From an uncultured Gammaproteobacteria bacterium (GTDB lineage Bacteria; Pseudomonadota; Gammaproteobacteria; Steroidobacterales; GCA-2729495), in contig CAWEDX010000007.1 of the NCBI GenBank assembly GCA_963807995.1, positions 132,679 through 196,678 on the forward strand: 64,000 nt of DNA, in the 5' to 3' direction. A program made the translations under genes and the position numbers. Shown one piece after another: positions 38,679-47,937 of this stretch. Within the stretch, counting starts at the first letter, position 1. The number at the start of each line of letters is the position of its first letter. The notes beneath the pieces were generated by a model. The model saw only the letters and a program-made list of their open reading frames with translations. It did no database searches and had not been told where the DNA came from.

Positions 38679-39650
38679 ATGCTGATTAAAAAGCCCGCGA
38701 CCATCCGCCCATCTGAAATCACCCCGGAAGCGATCTTTCGCAATCGGCGCGCGTTTATCCGCAGTTCGGCGCTGGCCGGCAGCGGGCTGTTAATTGGCAG
38801 TGGCTGCGCAGCCGAAGAAGACGTTACGCCGCCCTCCGACGGCATCGGCAAACTGCAGGTATCGACAGGCAGTCCTTTCAGCACTGACGAAGCCCCTAAC
38901 AGTTTCGAGGACATCGCCAGCTATAACAATTTTTACGAGTTTGGCCTGGACAAGTCGGACCCGGCCCGGCTGTCGGGCGACTTCAAGCCCAAACCCTGGA
39001 CGGTCACCGTCGACGGTGAGGCTGATGTCACCGGTGAATTCGATTTCGCCGACATCATTGCGCCGCATGCCATCGAAGAACGCGTGTACCGGCTGCGCTG
39101 CGTGGAAGCCTGGTCCATGGTGGTGCCCTGGAACGGCATCCCGCTGGCCGACCTGCTAAAGCGGTTCAAACCTAATTCGCGCGCCAAGTACGTAGCCTTC
39201 GAAACGGTCACCCGCCCCGAGCAAATGCCGGGCCAGCGCCGCGGCGTACTCGACTTTCCCTACGTCGAAGGCCTGACCATGGCCGAAGCCATGAACCCGC
39301 TGAGCCTGCTGGCCATCGGCGTCTACGGCGTGGAACTCCCGAATCAGAACGGCGCACCGCTGCGCCTGGTGGTGCCCTGGAAGTACGGCTTTAAGAGCAT
39401 CAAGTCCATCGTGCGCATCAGCTTCAGCGAGAAGCAGCCGCCCACCACCTGGTCTGATGCCGCGCCGCGCGAATATGGTTTTTACGCCAATGTGAATCCC
39501 GAGGTCGATCACCCGCGCTGGAGCCAGGCACGCGAACGCCGGATCGGCACCGGCGTGTTCGGCGATAAACAACCGACACAGATGTTTAACGGCTATGCGG
39601 AGGAAGTTGCCGGTCTCTACAGCGACCTGGACCTGCGCAAATTCTTCTGA
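38679..39650 (+). CDS. msrP: protein-methionine-sulfoxide reductase catalytic subunit
   Basis: Tat-type leader FRNRRAFIRSSALAGSGLL. Sulfite-oxidase-fold motifs (YRLRCVEAWSMVVPWNGIPL, LRLVVPWKYGFKSIKSIV). Confidence 0.9.
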   Translation: MLIKKPATIRPSEITPEAIFRNRRAFIRSSALAGSGLLIGSGCAAEEDVTPPSDGIGKLQVSTGSPFSTDEAPNSFEDIASYNNFYEFGLDKSDPARLSGDFKPKPWTVTVDGEADVTGEFDFADIIAPHAIEERVYRLRCVEAWSMVVPWNGIPLADLLKRFKPNSRAKYVAFETVTRPEQMPGQRRGVLDFPYVEGLTMAEAMNPLSLLAIGVYGVELPNQNGAPLRLVVPWKYGFKSIKSIVRISFSEKQPPTTWSDAAPREYGFYANVNPEVDHPRWSQARERRIGTGVFGDKQPTQMFNGYAEEVAGLYSDLDLRKFF

Positions 39651-39675
39651 GCTTCGTCGGCCCCGCAACTACCGC

Positions 39676-40308
39676 ATGCCCACGCTCAAACAAATCCGCC
39701 TGATCGGCAAGCCATTGGTGTTTGTTGCCGCCAGTCTGCCGCTGGCCTGGCTGGCAGGTGGACTGTTCGGCTATGGCGCCGAACTGGGCGCCGACCCGAT
39801 CGAGACCCTGCAGGATGAACTCGGCATCTGGGCCCTGCGTTTGCTATTAGTCACACTGGCGATAACGCCATTGCAGGTGCTGATTGGCAAACCCTGGCCG
39901 ATTCAGTTCCGACGCATGCTTGGCCTGTTCGCCTTTACCTATGGCGCGCTGCATTTTCTCAACTACCTGGTGTTGGATCAGGACCTGTACCTGCCGGAAA
40001 TTCTCCAGGATCTATTTAAACGGCCGTTTATCACCGTGGGCTTTGGTGCATTGTTATTGATGACGCCGCTGGCTATAACCTCCACGGCGGGCTGGCGACG
40101 GCGGCTGGGGCGCCGCTGGCTGCGCCTGCACCAGCTGATTTATCCCTTGAGCATCCTCGCCTGCTGGCATTTCTGGTGGCAGGTGAAAAAAGACATCACC
40201 GAGCCGTTGATTTACGCCGCCATCCTCGCAGCGTTGCTGGGTTTCCGCGCCTGGCGCAAGCGCGACGTATGGCTACGCCGGCCAACCAACACCGCCGTTA
40301 GCCGGTAG
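39676..40308 (+). CDS. msrQ: protein-methionine-sulfoxide reductase haem-binding subunit
   Basis: Start trimmed to ATG 39676. Polytopic membrane protein with conserved His residues (GALHFLNY, LHQLIYPLSILACWHFWW), directly after msrP. Confidence 0.85.
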   Translation: MPTLKQIRLIGKPLVFVAASLPLAWLAGGLFGYGAELGADPIETLQDELGIWALRLLLVTLAITPLQVLIGKPWPIQFRRMLGLFAFTYGALHFLNYLVLDQDLYLPEILQDLFKRPFITVGFGALLLMTPLAITSTAGWRRRLGRRWLRLHQLIYPLSILACWHFWWQVKKDITEPLIYAAILAALLGFRAWRKRDVWLRRPTNTAVSR

Positions 40309-40516
40309 CAGCGCTCTTGGTGCGGCGCCAAAGGGATTTGCGTTTGCTGGTCGCCCGCCACACCGAGTGCGAGAGCTTCGCCCGACAACCTCAACCGAAC
40401 AAATTGACATCAATAACGATAATCCAGGTAAAGCATCACGCAATAATCTGGCGCTGCATTCTCGTTCCCTGATTGTTCGTTTTTCGGATGGTCGCGTGCC
40501 GACCGACCCTGGTGCC

Positions 40517-40915
<399 letters not shown>

Positions 40916-40976
40916 CTATTCTAGCCTGAACCTTCGGGCCGGCAGAAAAACCGCCAGGCGCCCGCCGATTTACCCG

Positions 40977-41579
40977 CTAGTAGACCCTCAGGCCACCATG
41001 GCGCTGCCGACTGCGACGATCGAACCACCACCAGGCCAGCAGGAAACCAAGCAGCAGCAGTCCAAGGCCAGCACCCAGGCCGATAAACAAGGTCAGGGTG
41101 AGCTGATCCGGCGACAACTGATTGCGCAGCTCCTGGTTTTCCCGGCGAGCTATCGCCAGCTGCGACTCCGCTGCCCGCTGATCCTGCCGGGCCTTGGCCG
41201 CTGCCGTCTGCAGCTGACTCAGCTGATTGCCGCTATTGTCTGTGCTTGCGGCCAGCTCGGTCAGCTTGCGCGCCAGCGCATCACGCTCGCTTTCCAGTTT
41301 AGACAGACGCCGCCGGGCCGGTTCCTCGCTGACCAGGAACACCGTCCGTACCCAGCCTTCGCGACCGTCTTCCAGCCGCACGCGGGCATAGGAACCGCGG
41401 CGCTCGAGCACTTCCAGCGCATCACCACTATCGAGATTGGTGAAGGCCCGGTCGCTGGTATCGGCGGCGGCATGCACACCGAGGCGCAGCTTGTCGGTGA
41501 CATAAACGGTCTCTGCCGCTGCAATGCCAGCAATCAGGCCACTCGATATCGCAAGAAACAAGCTGGCTATTTTCATCAT
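40977..41579 (-). CDS. SH3-domain protein with coiled coil and C-terminal TM (TIGR04211/YgiM-like)
   Basis: Signal peptide, SH3b-like segment (YVTDKLRLGVHAAADTSDRAFTNLDSGDALEVLERRGSYARVRLEDGREGWV), coiled coil, C-terminal TM plus basic tail. Confidence 0.75.
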   Translation of the reverse strand: MMKIASLFLAISSGLIAGIAAAETVYVTDKLRLGVHAAADTSDRAFTNLDSGDALEVLERRGSYARVRLEDGREGWVRTVFLVSEEPARRRLSKLESERDALARKLTELAASTDNSGNQLSQLQTAAAKARQDQRAAESQLAIARRENQELRNQLSPDQLTLTLFIGLGAGLGLLLLGFLLAWWWFDRRSRQRHGGLRVY

Positions 41580-43012
41580 TGATCGTAGACCCAGCGTAAC
41601 AGGGCGCTATGCGCTTCCTCTCCCGGACCGCGATGCGCATCGGGATGATTCTGCATAGCTACCACCACGTATTCCTGGCCGCTGGCACTGCGCACATAAC
41701 CGGCCATGGCAAACACCCCATTCAAACGGCCGGTCTTCAGATGCATGCGGCCAGTCAACTCATCATTGCGAAAGCGGCGTCGCAACGTGCCGTCGAGACC
41801 GGCAAGGGCCAGCGATGACTGAAACTCGGCGGCAAAGTCACTGGACCGCGCCGTGATCAGCAAGCGACCGAGATTGCGTGCGGAAATTCGTGTTTCGCGC
41901 GACAGGCCGGCACCGTTGTCGAGACTCAGCTCAGGAAAATCCAGGCCACGCTCGGCCAGCGCGGCATCGGCCGCATCGCGCGCGCGCTGTGGCGTGGCCG
42001 GCGCGCCGTAGCGCTCGGCCGCCATGGTCAGGAATATCTGCCGGGTCATGACATTGTTACTCCATTTGTTCACGGAGCGAATTACGTCGGACAGGGGTGG
42101 CGATGAAAAGGCTTCGAATACCTCCAGCTCTTCAGGCACGCGCTCATTGCGCAACCCGCCGGCTATTTCGCCACCGCTCTCAGCCCACAGGCCGCTGACC
42201 ACACCGAAGGCGTATTCCGGCGCGCTCAGCACCGAACGGGACAGGCGATACTGTGGGCAATCGCGTCCAAAGCGACCGGAAAAGCTCACCGCCGGTTGCG
42301 CTTCACTATCGGCCACCGCCACCGCGATACCGCCCTGGTAGCCGCGGCAGCGCCCGGAAGTCAGGGTCAGTTCGTTGCGAATTTCCAGGTTCATGGGCAG
42401 CGGGTCGGCAACAATTTGCACGCGCTTGCTGTCAGCATCCGGGCGAAAAGTGAAACCAATGGCGTTGAAATTCACCAGCAAGGCATCAGGCTGCACATTA
42501 TAGATTCGATAAGCCTGACCATCGAAGGCGCCGGGATCTTCAGCCGGCAGGTCGAAATAGAAATTATCAACCACGAGGTCGCCGTTAATTTCGCGCAGCC
42601 CGCGCTGGCGCAAAGCGCGCAGCAATAGCCACAAACGCTCGGTGACCAGGTAAGGGTCGCCGTAGCCTTTCAGGTACAGGTCACCATCCAGGCGGCTATC
42701 CTCAAGCTCGCCGCTGACAAACACTTCCGTGGTCCAGGTGTAGGCCGGACCCAGATCCTCCAGGGCCAGGAAGGTGGTGAGCAACTTGATGGTGGAGGCG
42801 GGATTACGCGGTTTGTCGGCATTTACCGTCACCCGCGGTTCAGACTCACCGAGGGCCTGCACCCAGGCACTGTAACTGCCGGCCGGCATGTCGTAAGCAT
42901 CCAGTACTTTTTGTACCGAGGCGGGTAGCTCGCGCAGCACTTCGGCCGGGCTGGCCGCGGACGCCGCAAGCACCAGTAACAGGCCCAGCGCGTAACGAGC
43001 GACGACCGTCAT
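41576..43012 (-). CDS. dacB: D-alanyl-D-alanine carboxypeptidase/endopeptidase (PBP4, peptidase S13)
   Basis: SxxK (PASTIKLLT), SxN (KWSNNVM), KTG (LKTGRLNGV). Confidence 0.9.
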   Translation of the reverse strand: MTVVARYALGLLLVLAASAASPAEVLRELPASVQKVLDAYDMPAGSYSAWVQALGESEPRVTVNADKPRNPASTIKLLTTFLALEDLGPAYTWTTEVFVSGELEDSRLDGDLYLKGYGDPYLVTERLWLLLRALRQRGLREINGDLVVDNFYFDLPAEDPGAFDGQAYRIYNVQPDALLVNFNAIGFTFRPDADSKRVQIVADPLPMNLEIRNELTLTSGRCRGYQGGIAVAVADSEAQPAVSFSGRFGRDCPQYRLSRSVLSAPEYAFGVVSGLWAESGGEIAGGLRNERVPEELEVFEAFSSPPLSDVIRSVNKWSNNVMTRQIFLTMAAERYGAPATPQRARDAADAALAERGLDFPELSLDNGAGLSRETRISARNLGRLLITARSSDFAAEFQSSLALAGLDGTLRRRFRNDELTGRMHLKTGRLNGVFAMAGYVRSASGQEYVVVAMQNHPDAHRGPGEEAHSALLRWVYDQ

Positions 43013-43722
43013 GATGATTCGTCCGGCATATGCTCGCTTAGCAAACGCGTGGCGGTGCGATGCACCAGCCAGACTGCGGCAATGGCCAGGCCAAGACCCG
43101 CGAGCATCATTAGCTGGCCAGCCACACCGATATCCGCACCCTGATCAAATAGCTCGCCCAGGCTGCGTGCGATGGAGCCGAGATAAACATACAGAGCCAC
43201 CGCCGGCAGCATGCCTAACCAGGTGCCGATGATGTAGGGCCGCAGCGCCACGCCGCTAAGCCCATACGCGTAATTAAGCAGGTTATAAGGTAACAACAAC
43301 GACATCCTTGTCAGGCTAACGACCAGCAGGCCGCGCGACTGCACGGCCAGGTCCAGGGCTTTAAGACGCTGTTGATTATGCAGCCGCTCCTGCACCCATG
43401 CACGACCAAGTCCGCGACCGACCAGCAAGGCTGCCACCGCGCCCAGTACCGTAGCTACGGAAACCAGCAACACGCCCTGAACCAGGCCAAACAAAAAGCC
43501 GCCGCACATTACCAGCAGAGAACCGGGCACCATCAGCACGGTGAAAATGGTGAACAGTGCCAGGTAGGCAAATCGCCCCGCCACGGGATGCAGCTGCACC
43601 CAGGCCAGCAGCTGGAACAGCCAGGCGCGCAAGGGCAGGAACCACAAGACCGCAAGCAACAGCGCCAGGAACAGGGCCAGGGCCAGGGCGCGACCGCCCA
43701 GGGCGGCCGGCGCGCGGCTCAT
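43009..43722 (-). CDS. TVP38/TMEM64 (DedA-related) family membrane protein
   Basis: Polytopic. MVPGSLLVMCGGFLFG and LLPYNLLNYAYGLSGV motifs. Confidence 0.8.
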   Translation of the reverse strand: MSRAPAALGGRALALALFLALLLAVLWFLPLRAWLFQLLAWVQLHPVAGRFAYLALFTIFTVLMVPGSLLVMCGGFLFGLVQGVLLVSVATVLGAVAALLVGRGLGRAWVQERLHNQQRLKALDLAVQSRGLLVVSLTRMSLLLPYNLLNYAYGLSGVALRPYIIGTWLGMLPAVALYVYLGSIARSLGELFDQGADIGVAGQLMMLAGLGLAIAAVWLVHRTATRLLSEHMPDESS

Positions 43723-44021
43723 TGCTGCACTGACAGGGACCCGAAACCGTCCCTGTCCGCAGAACGATCACCGAGAATTTCCCAGTGGCATTGCGCGGCC
43801 AAGCGCGCCATTTGCCGACCAGGACGTACAGCCACGGCCCGGCCACTCCCGATCAACAGCGGCAGTTCCTGATGGGAATCGGCGTAAGCACTGACCCCCG
43901 CCAGTGCCATGCGGCGTGCACGCGCGTGGCCAGCGGCAATGGCCAGCTGGCAGATGGGTGGCGCGGTACAGACCATCACCATCAGCAGCAACAGGTGACT
44001 CAGGGTAATCAGGTTTGCCAT
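43719..44021 (-). CDS. hypothetical small protein (weak call)
   Basis: 100-aa ORF filling the gap between the sigma-54 activator stop (44032) and the TVP38 start, with a 4-nt overlap with the latter. GC-rich third positions. No family recognised and no obvious RBS. Confidence 0.3.
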   Translation of the reverse strand: MANLITLSHLLLLMVMVCTAPPICQLAIAAGHARARRMALAGVSAYADSHQELPLLIGSGRAVAVRPGRQMARLAAQCHWEILGDRSADRDGFGSLSVQQ

Positions 44022-44031
44022 GCCGGTGGGC

Positions 44032-45840
44032 TCAAGACCTGGCCGGGCGGCGGATGCCCATGGAGCGCATACGATCGGTCAGTGTGCTGGGCTTGAGACC
44101 CAGCAGCTCTGCTGCGCCGCCACTGCCGGAAATCCGCCAGTCGGCAACGCTTAGCGCGGCGAGCAGATTTTCACGTTGCTGTTCACGCATTTCCTGTTCG
44201 GTGAGGAAATCGCGCACTTCATCATTGGCGGCCGGCTGATCAAGCACCGGCTGAACCGCGCCGCCATCCTCACCCGGCAGGTAAATACGCAGGCTGCCAC
44301 CGCGCGAAAGGATCACCGCCCGCTCCATCACATTCTTAAGCTCACGAATATTGCCGGGCCAGTCGTATTTGCGCAGTTCGTCGAGCTGACGCTGGTTCAG
44401 GGTGGGTACGTCGCGGCCAAAATCGCGGCAGATTTGCTTGAGAAAATGCACCGCCAGCATCACCACGTCTTCACCGCGACGCCGCAGGGGTGGCACCTGG
44501 ACAGGAAATACGCTGAGCCGATAGTAAAGGTCTTCGCGAAACTCACCGGCTTCGACGGCTTTTTCCAGGTCCTTATTGGTGGCAGCAATCACTCGCACAT
44601 CCACCTCCATGGAATGGGCTTCGCCGACCCGTTCAAAGGATTTTTCCTGTAGCACGCGTAACAATTTTCCCTGCAGCGCGAGCGGAATTTCGCCCACCTC
44701 ATCGAGAAAAATAGTACCGCCGTCGGCCAGTTCGAAGCGGCCCACACGATCACGATGAGCGCCGGTGAAGGAGCCTTTCACATGTCCGAAAAATTCACTT
44801 TCAAACAGCTCGTCGGGAATCGACGCGCAATTAACCTTCACCAGCGGACCATCCGCGCGTGCACTACGCGCATGGATAGCATGCGCCACCAGCTCCTTGC
44901 CGGTACCCGTTTCACCAACAATCAGCACACTGGCCGGCGTATCGGCGACGGCCTCAATGCGCGTAAGCATGGCTTGCAAAGCCGGGCTCTCGCCGACAAT
45001 CTGCCCGAAGTTCATCGCCACGCTGACTTCTTCGCGCAGGTAATCCCGCTCGCGCTCAAGCTCTACGGTCAGCTCAGCGATTTGCTCGTAGGCCTGGCGC
45101 AACTCGGCAGCCGCGCGGTTGATTTCGGTCACGTCTTTACTGGCAACCCGCATGGTCATGCTGCCGTCCAGGATGTCGCCCTCGGCGCGCGTCGACATAA
45201 GCACGTCCAGCACCTTGCCGGACTTGGTGACCATCTGGCGCGGCACGTTTACCTGATCGCCCGCGGCAATCACTTCTTCAATGCTCCAGGCCATGGCAGA
45301 GCGCCGCGACTCATCGGTCAGGAAATCCGTGATTGATCGGCCAATCACTTCTTCGCGCGTATAGCCCAGTTTCTCCAGCCAATGATCGCTCACCGCGGTA
45401 ATGCGCGCGGCCGCATCCACGGTGTGCAGCATTGCCGGTGTGGACTGGTACAGGTCGCGGTACTGGCGCTCCAGGCGGGCGCGATCGGCCAGATCGGTGA
45501 ACACAGAGATCGAGCTGTGGATCATTCCATCCCGGGTCTTGGTCGCCACGGTGTTCGCCAGCAGCGAAACGCGCTGGCCTGACTTGGTCAGGAAGGCGAT
45601 GGACACGTTGTCCAGCCGCCCGGTACGCCGATAGCGCGGCATATGCTCCTGGCGAATCCGCTCCCGACTGGCCTCGGTGGCAAATTCTTCGGGTCGGTGG
45701 CCAAGCATTTCCTCGCGGCTGAAATGCAGGCGCTCCAGCAAGGCATCGCTGACGGCTTCGATGCAGCCATCTGCGTCCATGCGCAGAGCAAAGGCCGGTA
45801 ACGAAGAAATGAGACCTGTGTCACGTATTTCCGTGGTCAT
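44032..45840 (-). CDS. sigma-54-dependent transcriptional activator with two N-terminal PAS domains
   Basis: Two PAS-like modules. AAA+ core VLIVGETGTGKELVAHAIH, GSFTGA (GAFTGA loop), FLDEVGE, RVIAATN. C-terminal Fis-type HTH (AAELLGLKPSTLTDRMRSMGI). Confidence 0.9.
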   Translation of the reverse strand: MTTEIRDTGLISSLPAFALRMDADGCIEAVSDALLERLHFSREEMLGHRPEEFATEASRERIRQEHMPRYRRTGRLDNVSIAFLTKSGQRVSLLANTVATKTRDGMIHSSISVFTDLADRARLERQYRDLYQSTPAMLHTVDAAARITAVSDHWLEKLGYTREEVIGRSITDFLTDESRRSAMAWSIEEVIAAGDQVNVPRQMVTKSGKVLDVLMSTRAEGDILDGSMTMRVASKDVTEINRAAAELRQAYEQIAELTVELERERDYLREEVSVAMNFGQIVGESPALQAMLTRIEAVADTPASVLIVGETGTGKELVAHAIHARSARADGPLVKVNCASIPDELFESEFFGHVKGSFTGAHRDRVGRFELADGGTIFLDEVGEIPLALQGKLLRVLQEKSFERVGEAHSMEVDVRVIAATNKDLEKAVEAGEFREDLYYRLSVFPVQVPPLRRRGEDVVMLAVHFLKQICRDFGRDVPTLNQRQLDELRKYDWPGNIRELKNVMERAVILSRGGSLRIYLPGEDGGAVQPVLDQPAANDEVRDFLTEQEMREQQRENLLAALSVADWRISGSGGAAELLGLKPSTLTDRMRSMGIRRPARS

Positions 45841-45850
45841 GTGGCAAACA

Positions 45851-45906
45851 TACGCGGTTTTCCGTGTTAAAGCTACGCGGTTTTCCGAGAATCACGGAAT
45901 ACCGCG
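45851..45906. promoter_or_regulatory. candidate enhancer (UAS): three copies of a 12-14 nt site
   Basis: TACGCGGTTTTCCG at 45851-45864 and again at 45874-45887 (perfect 14-nt direct repeat). CGGAATACCGCG at 45895-45906 is the inverted partner of the second copy (1 mismatch, 7-nt spacer). Confidence 0.5.
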
Positions 45907-45952
45907 GACAAGAGAATCTCATAAGCAACTGTTTTTTAAAGCTTTCGATACT

Positions 45953-45968
45953 TGGCACGCTTCCTGCA
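45953..45968 (+). promoter_or_regulatory. sigma-54 (-24/-12) promoter
   Basis: TGGCACgcttcCTGCA. GG (45954-45955) and GC (45966-45967) have canonical spacing. Located 57 nt upstream of ATG 46025 and preceded by an AT-rich tract (45921-45950). Confidence 0.7.
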
Positions 45969-46024
45969 GTAGAGATATCGAGCGTTAGCTCGTTTGTAGA
46001 CACAACTTAGGTGAGGCAGAAGCA

Positions 46025-46330
46025 ATGAAAAACCTGAAAAGCAATCGCGAACAGCGATTCGGTTTGCTGCCCACCGCTCTGCTCATGCTGGCAATGACTG
46101 CCGGCTTCGCATCGGTCGGGCAAGCAGACGAAATCGCGCCGCTGGAAGCAACCGCTGGCACGCCAGCCAAGGCCATGGATGAGGCCGGATTCGAGGCAGC
46201 TATGCGGGCAGAAGCCCGGGACGCCGCCTGGTTGACGCGCATCAACGTCGTACTCGATCTGGATGCACGGCTGGAACGCCAGCATCGACCCTTCAGGCTG
46301 GCGAGCCTGAATCCGGGTCAGCGGGGCTAA
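46025..46330 (+). CDS. small secreted protein, unknown family
   Basis: RBS AGGTGAGG (46009-46016). Signal peptide LLPTALLMLAMTAGFASVGQA. Mature part is about 67 aa, Ala/Glu/Arg-rich. Confidence 0.55.
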   Translation: MKNLKSNREQRFGLLPTALLMLAMTAGFASVGQADEIAPLEATAGTPAKAMDEAGFEAAMRAEARDAAWLTRINVVLDLDARLERQHRPFRLASLNPGQRG

Positions 46331-46453
46331 GCTCCGCAAATTCGATGTAACCGTCACCCCTTCCTCCCCCCCGACGGCAACATCGACAAGACAGGCGGCA
46401 CTGACCGCCACTAGCGGGACCCTTCCCCCCTTTGGGGTCCCGCGACACCAGCA

Positions 46454-46507
46454 GGGGCCGCATGGTTTCTCGGGATTCTCCCGGCCATGCGGCCCCTTCT
46501 TCTTGTT
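46454..46507 (+). terminator. rho-independent terminator
   Basis: Perfect 12-bp stem GGGGCCGCATGG (46454-46465) / CCATGCGGCCCC (46485-46496), followed by TTCTTCTTGTT. A second 9-bp hairpin, GCGGGACCC/GGGTCCCGC, lies at 46414-46443. Confidence 0.7.
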
Positions 46508-46569
46508 AGAGCAAGCGAGTTCGCCCCGGCGGGGTTAGAATTTGCTGCCCCGCACAATCAAAGTCCGCC

Positions 46570-47049
46570 ATGCCCGCCAAGATCCTTGTTTGCATTCTCA
46601 GCTGCCTGCCCCTCTGGCTTGGCGCCACCGAGCACGCCGCGCCACCCGAGCCCGCACTTCCGCAGCTGAATGTTTCGCAGGTCTTGAAAGAACCTGGCGA
46701 CGGTCCGATTACCGGCAGCGCAAGCAAGGCACCGGTGCGCTTTGAGTTGCTGGTCGATTTCTACTGCCCCGGCGAGTCGGCGGCCGCGGAACTGTTTGTT
46801 TCGATTGCTGACGAAGCGCTGTTCAGCCCGCTGAATAGCTCGCCGCAGGCCGTGGTGCTAAGCGTCCCGGCTCAGCAATTGGACGGCCTGCGCGAAGCGG
46901 CGCTCTGCGAAGTTGCCGGACCGCGGCTGCTGAACGAGCAAGCTCAGGCCTTTGCCACGCTCAGCTGCAAAGCCGAGGAAAGCGCCACCAGCCAGACCAT
47001 TCGCACGCCGCTGAGTGTCTGGTTCGACTGCCCGCCAGCGCCCGAGTAA
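46570..47049 (+). CDS. hypothetical secreted protein
   Basis: Signal peptide ILVCILSCLPLWLGA and four Cys in the mature part. TAGAAT hexamer at 46536-46541 upstream. Confidence 0.55.
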   Translation: MPAKILVCILSCLPLWLGATEHAAPPEPALPQLNVSQVLKEPGDGPITGSASKAPVRFELLVDFYCPGESAAAELFVSIADEALFSPLNSSPQAVVLSVPAQQLDGLREAALCEVAGPRLLNEQAQAFATLSCKAEESATSQTIRTPLSVWFDCPPAPE

Positions 47050-47054
47050 CGCCG

Positions 47055-47741
47055 ATGGCCGCGCTGAACGGCGATCTTGAGCAACGGGTATCCATCGCCA
47101 GCGCGGAACTCGACTGGACCGCCAGCCCCAGCGGAACCGTCTGGCGCAAGCGACTGCATCGGGTAGGACCCGCTGAAGCCGGTCAGGTCACCTCGCTGGT
47201 TCGTTACGAACCCGGTGCCAGCTTTCCCGCCCATGACCACCCCGACGGCGAAGAAATCCTGGTACTCGAGGGCGTGTTCTCCGACGAACACGGTGACTGG
47301 CCGCGCGGTAGCTACCTGCTTAATCCGGAAGGTTTCCGGCATGCCCCATTCTCGCGCGAGGGCTGCCTGATCTTCGTCAAGCTGCGCCAATACCCGGGAC
47401 GACAACGGCAGCATCTGACGCTGCAAACAGAAACACTGAACTGGGAGACTTCGAAGCACCCCGGCCTGCAAAGCAAATCGCTCTATCAGCAATCGGGATT
47501 CGCTGACCACAGCCGACTTGAACAATGGGTTCCCGGCACCGCCGAAATCACGCGCAGCTATGCGAAGGGTGCGGAAATCCTGGTCCTCGACGGCGAACTC
47601 GCAGATGCGAGCGGGCGCTACAAGCAAGGCCACTGGCTACGCCTACCAGCCGGCTATGTTCATAGTCTCCGCAGCCCAAATGGCTGTCGCCTCTATATCA
47701 AGGAAGGCGGCTTCGAGTATCTGCAGTCCGTCAGCGAATAA
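47055..47741 (+). CDS. ChrR-like cupin (bicupin) protein
   Basis: WRKRLHRVGPAEAGQVTSLVRYEPGASFPAHDHPDGEEILVLEGVFSDEHGDW resembles the ChrR C-terminal cupin. No N-terminal zinc anti-sigma domain is seen. Confidence 0.7.
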   Translation: MAALNGDLEQRVSIASAELDWTASPSGTVWRKRLHRVGPAEAGQVTSLVRYEPGASFPAHDHPDGEEILVLEGVFSDEHGDWPRGSYLLNPEGFRHAPFSREGCLIFVKLRQYPGRQRQHLTLQTETLNWETSKHPGLQSKSLYQQSGFADHSRLEQWVPGTAEITRSYAKGAEILVLDGELADASGRYKQGHWLRLPAGYVHSLRSPNGCRLYIKEGGFEYLQSVSE

Positions 47742-47937
47742 GCATACCGCCGCGCCATCTCGCCGGATAAGACTGTCCGCCAGCGCCAGCTGTTTCAGGC
47801 GGCAACGCAAACCAGAAACGAACCGACTGCCGTACCGCGGTAAGAAACCCCTGCCTGATCCTTGCCAACAGGTAGCTATGCTAGTTTTCAATGCAGGAAA
47901 AGCAGCCGCAACGACGCCGACCCTGGAGTCAGACAAC

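Noticed and set aside
40395-40445. Low-GC island with TTGACA and a Fur-box-like string AATAACGATAATC between msrQ and glnB
   Set aside because: Only about 12 of 19 positions match the Fur consensus when aligned. The region lies between two convergent gene ends, so it has no obvious target gene. An sRNA cannot be supported from sequence alone.
46944-47633. 229-aa minus-strand ORF
   Set aside because: It lies antisense to the ChrR-like cupin gene and the preceding secreted protein gene. No motifs.
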